Assembly (NCBI GenBank): GCA_018432935.1
Contig: JAHDSF010000047.1
Coordinates: 4,463 to 68,462 of the forward strand
Source of the DNA: Rhodospirillales bacterium
GTDB taxonomy: Bacteria; Pseudomonadota; Alphaproteobacteria; Rhodospirillales; Shumkoniaceae
Reading direction: 5' to 3'
DNA length: 64,000 nt
Shown here: piece after piece, positions 27,851-35,219 of the stretch
How positions within the stretch are numbered: position 1 is the first letter of the stretch
How the letters are laid out: each line of letters begins with the position of its first letter
Notes under the pieces: model-generated
The model's database searches: none
What the model was told of the DNA's origin: nothing
The model's input: only the letters and a program-made list of their open reading frames with translations
Position numbers and translations under genes: made by a program

Positions 27851-28624
27851 ATGGTGCCCAGCCGTTCGCCGTCGCTGGTTCGCTTTTTCGGCGGCGTCAT
27901 GGCACGCGCAATGCGGCGAAGCTTCCATGCCGTGAGGCTTGCGCGTCCCGGGTGGCCCGATCTGCCGCCAGACCGACCGGTGATCTGCTACCTGAACCAT
28001 CCGTCCTGGTGGGATCCGGCTTTCGTGATCGTGCTCGCCACCACGCAGTTCGCCGACCGGCCCGGTTTTGGTCCCATCGATCTCGAGATGCTCCAGAAGT
28101 ACCGCTTCCTCGGCCGCATCGGCCTGTTCGGGATCGAGCCCGGCTCGCAACGCGGTGCCGCGGCGTTCCTGCGCACCGGTCTGGCCATTCTGCGGGATCC
28201 TCGTGCCATGTTGTGGATCACTGCCGAAGGTGCGTTCTCCGATAGCCGCGTCCGTCCGGTGCGGCTTCGCCCCGGACTCGCTCACCTGGTCCGTCGCGTG
28301 CCCGACGCGGTGACCGTGCCGCTGGCGCTGGAGTACACGTTCTGGGACGAGCGGACCCCCGAAGCGCTGGCTCTCTTTGGTCCCCCCAGGCCCGCATCGT
28401 GCTTCGCAGGAATGCACGCGCTGGAAATCACGGCGAGGCTTGCAGAGCGTCTCGAGGAGACGATGGACGCCTTGAAGGGGGAGGCGGTTCGGCGCGACCC
28501 GGCGGGTTTCCATCGGCTGTTGGAGGGGTCGGTGGGTGTCGGCGGCGTCTACGACCTGTGGCGTCGCGGCAGGGCATGGCTGGCCGGGCGGAGGTTTCAT
28601 CCTGGCCACGGAGCACGCGAGTGA
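27851..28624 (+). CDS. PlsC-type (lysophospholipid) acyltransferase
   Basis: 257-aa ORF with the HX4D motif NHPSWWD and the TAEGAFS block typical of 1-acyl-sn-glycerol-3-phosphate acyltransferase-like enzymes. It starts 4 nt after the crtP stop. Confidence 0.75.
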   Translation: MVPSRSPSLVRFFGGVMARAMRRSFHAVRLARPGWPDLPPDRPVICYLNHPSWWDPAFVIVLATTQFADRPGFGPIDLEMLQKYRFLGRIGLFGIEPGSQRGAAAFLRTGLAILRDPRAMLWITAEGAFSDSRVRPVRLRPGLAHLVRRVPDAVTVPLALEYTFWDERTPEALALFGPPRPASCFAGMHALEITARLAERLEETMDALKGEAVRRDPAGFHRLLEGSVGVGGVYDLWRRGRAWLAGRRFHPGHGARE

Positions 28625-29751
28625 CGAGCGGGGATTTCTGGACGCTCCTGGCAATGCTGTCCTTGGCTTTGGCGCTGCTGCCGCTCTTGCTCGGCTTGAG
28701 CAACCTCTACCTGTACCGTGCGCCGCGAGAGGTGGGCGCAACGGGACCCGTTGCAGTTTCGGTCCTGATTCCGGCGCGGAACGAGGCGGCGACGATCGGC
28801 ACCGCCGTCGAAGCGGCATTGGCCAGCCGCGGCCTCGACCTGGAGGTCATCGTCCTCGACGATCATTCGACGGACGGCACGGCCGCGGCTGTGGAGGCGA
28901 TCGCCCGGCGCGATCCCCGCCTCCGGCTCGAAAGCGCGCCGCCGCTGCCCCCCGGATGGGCGGGCAAGCAGCACGCCTGCCACGTCCTGGCGGGGCTGGC
29001 GCGGTTCCCGGTCCTGCTGTTCCAGGATGCGGACGTTCGGCTGGCTCCGCAGGCCGTCGAGCGCATTGCCGGATTCCTCCTGGCGGGCCGGGCCGGCCTC
29101 GTCAGCGGTTTTCCGAGACAGAGGACCGAAACCTTGGCCGAGGCGATGATCGTTCCACTGATCCAGTTCCTTCTGATCGGCTATCTGCCGATGCTGCTGA
29201 TGAGGTCGACGCTCAGCCCGGGTGCCTCCGCCGGCTGCGGCCAACTCATTGCCGTCCGTCGCGACGACTACGCGCTGGCGGGCGGCCATGCGTCGATCCG
29301 AGCATCCCTGCACGACGGCATCATGCTGCCGCGAGCGTTTCGCCGGGTCGGATTATGGACAGACCTGTTCGATGCCACCGAACTGGCCGACTGCCGCATG
29401 TATTCGCGTTGGTCTGATCTGTGGCAGGGCTTCTTGAAGAACGCCACGGAGGGGATGGCGACGCCGAGGGCGCTGCCTCTGTGGACGGTCCTGCTGTTCG
29501 GTGGCCATGTTCTTCCGTGGCTGCTGCTGCCGTTCCCCGGCGCGGCGCCCGCCGCTCTTGCGGCCGTGGCCGCCGGCATGGCTTTTCGTCTGCTTCTGGC
29601 CGTTCGCTTCCGACAAAGCCTTGCCGGGGCAATTCTTCACCCGATCGGGATTCTCCTACTGCTCGCGATCCAGTGGCATGCGCTGCTCCGCGCCGCCCGA
29701 AGACGGCCTGCGTACTGGAAGGGGCGCACCTATCCATCGGACACGCGGTAA
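28621..29751 (+). CDS. crtQ: Family 2 glycosyltransferase, CrtQ-like (diapocarotenoate glycosyltransferase)
   Basis: C-terminal part of ORF 28399..29751. The GTG start at 28621 overlaps the upstream TGA (GTGA). Motifs VLIPARNE, VLDDHSTDGT, GKQHAC and FQDADV, multiple TM helices, and a C-terminal YWKGRTY resembling the S. aureus CrtQ end. Confidence 0.75.
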   Translation: MTSGDFWTLLAMLSLALALLPLLLGLSNLYLYRAPREVGATGPVAVSVLIPARNEAATIGTAVEAALASRGLDLEVIVLDDHSTDGTAAAVEAIARRDPRLRLESAPPLPPGWAGKQHACHVLAGLARFPVLLFQDADVRLAPQAVERIAGFLLAGRAGLVSGFPRQRTETLAEAMIVPLIQFLLIGYLPMLLMRSTLSPGASAGCGQLIAVRRDDYALAGGHASIRASLHDGIMLPRAFRRVGLWTDLFDATELADCRMYSRWSDLWQGFLKNATEGMATPRALPLWTVLLFGGHVLPWLLLPFPGAAPAALAAVAAGMAFRLLLAVRFRQSLAGAILHPIGILLLLAIQWHALLRAARRRPAYWKGRTYPSDTR

Positions 29752-29829
29752 GGGGCTTCTGATGCTGGTATTCTTGTCGGGAGTATGGTCCCGCCCGGAG
29801 GCGTCTGGCTGGTGTGCCCGGCGAGCCTG

Positions 29830-29865
29830 AACCCAACGCACGAACAAAACCCAATGCACGAACAA
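29830..29865 (+). repeat. Tandem 18-bp direct repeat upstream of the aldo/keto reductase gene
   Basis: AACCCAACGCACGAACA-A followed by AACCCAATGCACGAACA-A (16/17 identical), ending 12 nt before the ATG at 29877. Confidence 0.7.
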
Positions 29866-29876
29866 TGGAGCAGCCC

Positions 29877-30743
29877 ATGAGCAATCCCGACGCCCGCGCC
29901 AGTGGCACCTTCAAGATCGCCGACGAGCGTGCCGTCGTCCGCCTCGGCTTCGGCGCCATGCGCGTGACCGGCCCCGGCATCTGGGGCGAGCCGCGGGACC
30001 GCGCCGAGTCGATCCGGGTCTTGAGGCGCGTGCCTGAACTGGGGATCGACTTCATCGACACGGCCGATTCCTACGGACCGTTCGTCAGCGAGGACCTGAT
30101 CGCCGAGGCGCTGCATCCGTACAAGGGCATCCTGGTCGCCACCAAGGGCGGGCTGACCCGCCACGGACCCGGAAAATGGGAGCCGGTCGGCCGCCCCGAG
30201 TACCTGCGCCAGTGCGTGCTGATGAGCCTGCGCCGCCTAAAGTTGGAGCGCATCGACCTGTGGCAGCTCCACCGCATCGACCCCAAGATACCGCGCGAGG
30301 AGCAGTTCGCTGTCATCGCCGAGATGCGCAAGGAAGGCCTGATCCGCTGGGTCGGCCTGAGCCAGGTCTCGGTGGAGGAGATCACCGCGGCGCAGAAGCA
30401 CTTCCCGGTCGCCACCGTGCAGAACCGCTACAACCTCGCCGACCGCGCGGACGAGGGCGTACTGGACCACTGCGCGAAGAACGGCATCGGCTTCATTCCC
30501 TGGTTCCCGCTCGCCTCCGGCGACCTCGCCAAGCCGGGCGGGGCGGCCGACAAGGTCGCCAGGGCGCACGGCGCCACCGCGGGCCAGGTCGCGCTGGCCT
30601 GGGTGCTGAAGCGCAGCCCGGTCATGCTGCCGATCCCCGGCACCAGCAAGGTCGAGCACCTGGAGGAGAACGTCGCCGGCGCCTCGCTCGAACTCTCGGA
30701 CGAGGAGTTCCATCAGCTCGACCGGGTGGCGAAGAAGGACTGA
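29877..30743 (+). CDS. Aldo/keto reductase
   Basis: ORF 29814..30743. Start taken at [10 protein letters not shown], with GGAG 6 nt upstream. AKR blocks [23 protein letters not shown] and [13 protein letters not shown]. Confidence 0.9.
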   Translation: MSNPDARASGTFKIADERAVVRLGFGAMRVTGPGIWGEPRDRAESIRVLRRVPELGIDFIDTADSYGPFVSEDLIAEALHPYKGILVATKGGLTRHGPGKWEPVGRPEYLRQCVLMSLRRLKLERIDLWQLHRIDPKIPREEQFAVIAEMRKEGLIRWVGLSQVSVEEITAAQKHFPVATVQNRYNLADRADEGVLDHCAKNGIGFIPWFPLASGDLAKPGGAADKVARAHGATAGQVALAWVLKRSPVMLPIPGTSKVEHLEENVAGASLELSDEEFHQLDRVAKKD

Positions 30744-30749
30744 GCCGCG

Positions 30750-31115
30750 TCAGCGGATCGGATCCAGCCCAAGTTCGGCCCGCTTCGCCTTGGTCAGGCC
30801 GCGCGCAACCAGGCTGTGGGACCGCCGGATGTGGTCGCGCAGCTCGTCGTCGGAGAGCCCGGGGCTGGCGTAATGCTGGATCCACTTCAACCCGCGTGAC
30901 GCCAGGTAGGGGGCGGGGCGCAGGCCGGGCTGCTCCTTCAGCACCTCGAAAGCGACGTCGCTGGCCTTGAAGGTGACCGCTGCCTGGCCCCCCTCCCAGC
31001 CGCCGATGGCGAACACCTTGCCGCCGACCTTCCACACATGCGCCCCGCCCCACTGGCAAACGTAGGTCGTCGCCGGCAGGGCGCGGCAGAAGTCGTTGAA
31101 TTCCTCGTAGGTCAT
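30750..31115 (-). CDS. MmcQ/YjbR family DNA-binding protein
   Basis: ORF 30750..31175. Start taken at MTYEEFNDFCRALPATTY. The block WGGAHVWKVGGKVFA is typical of the YjbR/MmcQ (COG2315) fold. Confidence 0.7.
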   Translation of the reverse strand: MTYEEFNDFCRALPATTYVCQWGGAHVWKVGGKVFAIGGWEGGQAAVTFKASDVAFEVLKEQPGLRPAPYLASRGLKWIQHYASPGLSDDELRDHIRRSHSLVARGLTKAKRAELGLDPIR

Positions 31116-31210
31116 CCCGCCATCCCGGATCGCAGTGCAGATGCCAGGATAGCCGGTTGTGACGGCTCCGGCCATCGCACGGACAAAGCGCGCCCGACGA
31201 AGGCTTGGAC

Positions 31211-31237
31211 GGGATCCGGCCGGAACGGCCGGATCCC
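31211..31237. other. Perfect 12-bp GC-rich stem-loop between ilvE and the mmcQ-like gene
   Basis: GGGATCCGGCCG-gaa-CGGCCGGATCCC. There is no U-tract on the minus (transcribed) strand. Confidence 0.6.
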
Positions 31238-31244
31238 TTGGATT

Positions 31245-32363
31245 TCAGATCCCGTCGATGACCCGGACCCAACCGTGCCGGTCGGCAGTCTTGCCACGCT
31301 GGATATCGACCAGTGCCGTGCGCAGCCTGGTGGTTACCGGCCCGGTCTGACCGTCGCCGATCCGGAACTCGCCGCCGTTGTGCTTCACGGCTCCGATGCA
31401 GGCCACCACCGCGGCGGTGCCGCAGGCAAAGGCCTCCTTCAGCTTTCCGCTCACCGCGTCCGCCTGCCACTCGGCAAAGGTATAGTGACGCTCCTCGACC
31501 GTCATTCCGTCCTCGCGCGCAAGCTGGATCAGCGACTTGCGCGTAATGCCGGGAAGGATGGTGCCGGCGACCGGGGGCGTGACGATGGTTCCGTCGGTCA
31601 TGACGAAGAACACGTTCATGCCGCCGAGTTCCTCGACGCTCCGGCGTTCCGCTGCATCGAGGAAGACGACCTGGTCGCAGCCGTTGGCGTAGGCTTCCGC
31701 CTGCGCGACCAGGCTGCCGGCGTAGTTGCCGCCGCACTTGGTGGCGCCGGTGCCGCCGATCGCCGCCCGCGTATAGCCTTCGGAGACCCAGATCGTGATC
31801 GGCTTCTCGCCGCCCTTGAAATAGGGCCCGACGGCGGAGCAGATGACGCAGAAGATGTACTCCTTGGCCGGCCGGACGCCGAGGAAAGCCTCGTTGGCGA
31901 ACATGAAGGGGCGGACGTAGAGGCTGCCCTCGCCATCGGGGATCCACTTGGCATCGGTCCGGACAAGATTCTCCACCGCGGCAAGGAAATCCTGCTCGGG
32001 AAGCTCAGGCATCGCCAGTCGGCGCGCCGATGCATTGAAGCGGCGGGCGTTCTCCTCGGGGCGGAAGAGCACGGTGCGGCCATCGGCCGCATGGTAGGCC
32101 TTCAGGCCCTCGAAGATCTCCTGGGCATAATGCAGGACGGCGCTGGCCGGATCGATCGAGAACGGAGCCCGGGCGGTGATCTCCGCCGAATGCCAGCCCC
32201 GGTCCGCGCTCCAGCGGATGAGCGCCATATGATCGCTGAACAGGGTGCCGAAGCCGAGGTGCTCGAAAGCCTTGAGGCGTTCGGCCTCGGGAAGCGGATT
32301 GGCATTGGGCGTGATCTTGAATTGGAGAGCTGGCGACGACACGGTCTTCCCACCTTTCACCAT
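31245..32363 (-). CDS. ilvE: Branched-chain amino acid aminotransferase
   Basis: 372-aa ORF. The blocks FEGLKAY, LYVRPF, TKCGGNYA and PGITRKS match the roughly 365-aa class IV aminotransferase type. Confidence 0.9.
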   Translation of the reverse strand: MVKGGKTVSSPALQFKITPNANPLPEAERLKAFEHLGFGTLFSDHMALIRWSADRGWHSAEITARAPFSIDPASAVLHYAQEIFEGLKAYHAADGRTVLFRPEENARRFNASARRLAMPELPEQDFLAAVENLVRTDAKWIPDGEGSLYVRPFMFANEAFLGVRPAKEYIFCVICSAVGPYFKGGEKPITIWVSEGYTRAAIGGTGATKCGGNYAGSLVAQAEAYANGCDQVVFLDAAERRSVEELGGMNVFFVMTDGTIVTPPVAGTILPGITRKSLIQLAREDGMTVEERHYTFAEWQADAVSGKLKEAFACGTAAVVACIGAVKHNGGEFRIGDGQTGPVTTRLRTALVDIQRGKTADRHGWVRVIDGI

Positions 32364-32369
32364 GATGGA

Positions 32370-32412
32370 GTTCTGTTCGTTCGTTTTTCACCACGATAAG
32401 GTTCTGTTCGTT
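32370..32412. repeat. Exact 12-bp direct repeat GTTCTGTTCGTT (x2, period 31 bp) in the ilvE/tag divergent region
   Basis: Copies lie at 32370-32381 and 32401-32412. Confidence 0.7.
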
Positions 32413-32547
32413 ACCATGTTTCGGCCTCGCCCTGAAGACGGAAACAGCGCATGGCAGGCAGGCACGCCCGTCCGGCGATCCCGGCGGTCGACCCTTGATC
32501 TGCGGCCGACCATCGGCTAGTCCAGCCCCAGCAGTGGAGGGGAGCCA

Positions 32548-33153
32548 ATGATCACAACGATCCCGGGACCGGACGGCAGGCCGCGCTGCCGCTGGGGCAC
32601 TGCGACCCCGGAATACCTGGCCTACCACGACACCGAATGGGGTTTCCCGGTCGCCGACGACCGCCGCCTGTTCGAGAAGCTGAGCCTGGAGGGCTTCCAG
32701 TCGGGGCTGAGCTGGCGCACCATCCTGGCCAAGCGCGCCAACTTCCGCGCCGCCTTCTGCGACTTCGATTTCGACAGGGTCGCGGCGTTCGGCGAGGACG
32801 ACGTGGCGCGCCTGCTCCAGGACGCCGGCATCGTGCGTCACCGCGGCAAGATCGAGGCGGTGATCAACAACGCCCGCCGTGCCCGCGAACTGGTCGAGAA
32901 GGAGGCCTCGCTCGCCGCCTTCGTCTGGCGCTTCGAGGCTGCACCGGTTCCGGCCGGCGAAGCGCGTTCGACCTCGGCGGAGTCGGTCGCCCTGTCGAAG
33001 GAGTTGAAGAAGCGCGGCTGGACCTTCGTCGGCCCGACCACCGTCTACGCGTTCATGCAGGCGATGGGTCTGGTCAACGACCACGCGTCGGAATGCGTGA
33101 TCCGCGCCGAGGTCGAGCGCGCGAGAGCGGCCTTCGAGGTGCCGGGACGCTGA
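32548..33153 (+). CDS. tag: DNA-3-methyladenine glycosylase I
   Basis: 201-aa ORF with the blocks CRW, YHDTEWGFP, LEGFQSGLSW and VGPTTVYAFMQAMG. Confidence 0.9.
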   Translation: MITTIPGPDGRPRCRWGTATPEYLAYHDTEWGFPVADDRRLFEKLSLEGFQSGLSWRTILAKRANFRAAFCDFDFDRVAAFGEDDVARLLQDAGIVRHRGKIEAVINNARRARELVEKEASLAAFVWRFEAAPVPAGEARSTSAESVALSKELKKRGWTFVGPTTVYAFMQAMGLVNDHASECVIRAEVERARAAFEVPGR

Positions 33154-33211
33154 CGGCCGACGGCAGCGGCACGCCCGATATCCCCGCACCTCGGAGCGAC
33201 CCCCCAATGTC

Positions 33212-33736
33212 TTACGCGTCCGAGGGAGAGATCGTGCCGCTGGCTGCGATCTCGAATGCCTCATGGAAACGCACCGTTCCCTTCGGCACCTCGCCGCCGA
33301 ACGGGAGCACCAGGAACACCTCGGGCGGCACCCCAGGCAGGACCAGACCCGACGGGACGCGGAAGCCGAAGCGGCGGTAATAGGCGGGGTCGCCGACCAG
33401 CACGCAGCCGGCGGCGCCCGAGCCCTGCAGCCGCTCGAGCCCGGCACGCACCAGAGCCTGGCCGATACCGCGGCGCTGGCGGTCGGGCCGCACGGCGACC
33501 GGGCCGACGCCGTACCATCCTTCCGCCTCGGCGATGGCGACCGGGGAGAAGGCGATGTGGCCGACCACCTCGTTCCCCTCGATCACCACCAGCGACAGGC
33601 TCAGCGCTCCCGCCGCCCGCAGCCCTTCGAGAAGGCTGACTTCCGTCTGGTTGCTGTAGGGCATGCCCGCGAAGGCCGCCGCAATCAGCGCGTGGACGCC
33701 GACGCGGTCGCCAGACTGTTCGTTGCGAATGAACAT
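33212..33736 (-). CDS. GNAT family N-acetyltransferase (YhbS/YjhQ-like; candidate antitoxin partner of TopAI)
   Basis: 174-aa ORF with acetyl-CoA motif A RRGIGQALVRAGL. It starts 15 nt after the yjhX-like stop on the same strand. Confidence 0.75.
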   Translation of the reverse strand: MFIRNEQSGDRVGVHALIAAAFAGMPYSNQTEVSLLEGLRAAGALSLSLVVIEGNEVVGHIAFSPVAIAEAEGWYGVGPVAVRPDRQRRGIGQALVRAGLERLQGSGAAGCVLVGDPAYYRRFGFRVPSGLVLPGVPPEVFLVLPFGGEVPKGTVRFHEAFEIAASGTISPSDA

Positions 33737-33751
33737 GGCTTCTCCTGTTCT

Positions 33752-34009
33752 TTACCGGTTGTCCGCCTGCGGCCGCACCGCTTCGCGCCCTCGGCGCGAT
33801 ATGCGGTAGGGCAGGCCGTCGCGTGATTCGATCAGCCGCTTGCCGCGCAGCCGTTTGAAGACGGCCAGCGTGCAGTCGCCGAGCACCCAGCCCTCGCGGG
33901 TGAAGCACTCGACCTTGCAGATTCGGAAGTCGTCGTCGCGCTGATGGCGGATGAGGCCGCCCTGAGCGAGCACGTGCAGGACGCGCTGCTCGATCCTGGA
34001 AAGGTTCAT
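33752..34009 (-). CDS. topAI: UPF0386/YjhX family protein (TopAI-like topoisomerase I inhibitor toxin)
   Basis: The 85-aa [29 protein letters not shown]...ECFTREG...[10 protein letters not shown]...PYRIS...RPQADNR has the same length and conserved blocks as my recollection of E. coli YjhX. Confidence 0.8.
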   Translation of the reverse strand: MNLSRIEQRVLHVLAQGGLIRHQRDDDFRICKVECFTREGWVLGDCTLAVFKRLRGKRLIESRDGLPYRISRRGREAVRPQADNR

Positions 34010-34188
34010 GGCTGGAAGACCTGTGACTGTAACCCACGACAGACGCCCCCCGGAACCGGCGCCTCACGGGCGGTTCCAGGTCAGCGCCGCATCCGGTCCC
34101 GCACGCGGCGGGACGTCAGCGGGTTCCCACAGTCTCCGGCATCCAAGCTCCATCGAACGGGCAGGCGGGCGCCTGCCGCAGCGGGCGC

Positions 34189-34217
34189 TCTATAGGCCGC
34201 TGCCCGAACGGTGTCAA
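34189..34217 (-). promoter_or_regulatory. Near-consensus sigma-70-type promoter facing the topAI-like gene
   Basis: The minus strand reads TTGACA-ccgttcgggcagcggcc(17 nt)-TATAGA. The predicted leader to the ATG at 34009 is about 170 nt. Confidence 0.45.
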
Positions 34218-34565
34218 GGACAGCCGGTCTTGATAGTGTCTGGACCACGCCGGTGCTTGAGGGCGTCGATCACGATCTCGCAAGGTCTGCGCAAGGCATC
34301 CTGCCCATCCCGGCGAGGGTGACCGAGGTTGCGCTGATGGACAACCTGCTCGGCCCCTGGAGAGTCGTCACGACGTTCCCGTTGGATGGGTCGTGACGTT
34401 CCTCGATGCGGGCGGGATCGTCGCCTGGCTGGAAGCGGGTGATATCAGCGTGCGCACCGGCCATGATGAAGAGAACTGCGGAAGGGGTCTGCTTGTATTC
34501 CTGCCTCTTCTTCTGTACCCTCGCGAATAACTTCCTGAACGGAGCGACATTTTAATCAACCGCTC

Positions 34566-35105
34566 ATGAGCGTTCCCTGGGATATTCGCGATTACCCCCT
34601 GACCTCCCCGCCCGAAGCTTTTGGGCGGTTTGAGGATTTCGTCCGGCTGTGGCAATCCAAAAGGGACGTCGCTCAGAAGAATGGCCGGATCCTGCCCGCC
34701 TGGAAGGACTTCGATCTGATAGAGCTTCGCCCCTGGTGGGGCTGCCTGGCGCTTCTGAAGCGGGAATACAGCACGGGGGAATTTTACGTTCAGCTTTGGG
34801 GAACCAAGGTGTCGGACTGGTTTGGAAAAGATGTAACAAATAAATCTCTGGACGACCTGTTTGCCTCTGATCCGGAGAGGAAAAAGAAAGGTATGGATCA
34901 TTTAGACTTGTTTTTCAAAGGAGAAGTCATAGCATTCTGGAAGGAAGTGCCGACCCATTTTCTTATTGATTACGCGTTCATCGAAGGCCTATCGGTTCCG
35001 CTTTCCCGGGATGGTACGACGACGACCCACATGATGAGCATCAAGAACCGGGTGACCGCGGAAGACGACTTCTGGCCTCCCATCCCCCACGTCGCCGAGT
35101 TCTGA
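34566..35105 (+). CDS. PAS_5-type PAS domain protein
   Basis: 179-aa ORF. The pattern W..KR....GRILPAWKDFDLIELRPWWGCLALL...F.VQLWGTKV.DWFGKDVT resembles the small alphaproteobacterial PAS_5 (PF07310) proteins. It is visibly A/T-richer than its surroundings. Confidence 0.65.
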   Translation: MSVPWDIRDYPLTSPPEAFGRFEDFVRLWQSKRDVAQKNGRILPAWKDFDLIELRPWWGCLALLKREYSTGEFYVQLWGTKVSDWFGKDVTNKSLDDLFASDPERKKKGMDHLDLFFKGEVIAFWKEVPTHFLIDYAFIEGLSVPLSRDGTTTTHMMSIKNRVTAEDDFWPPIPHVAEF

Positions 35106-35219
35106 GCCGAAGCGCCGCCCTCTATCGATCCGACCGGTCTGCGACCGGGAAGGAATGGGCACGGGGGTTGCCGGGGTTCGTGCGCGTGTTATAGTTCCTT
35201 TTTTGTTCCGCAAGAGGCG

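Noticed and set aside
32370-32383. Possible alphaproteobacterial LexA (SOS) box because of the clustered GTTC motifs next to tag
   Set aside because: The recalled consensus is GTTC-N7-GTTC. Here the GTTC units are spaced by 1 and 0 nt (GTTCTGTTCGTTC), so the spacing does not fit.
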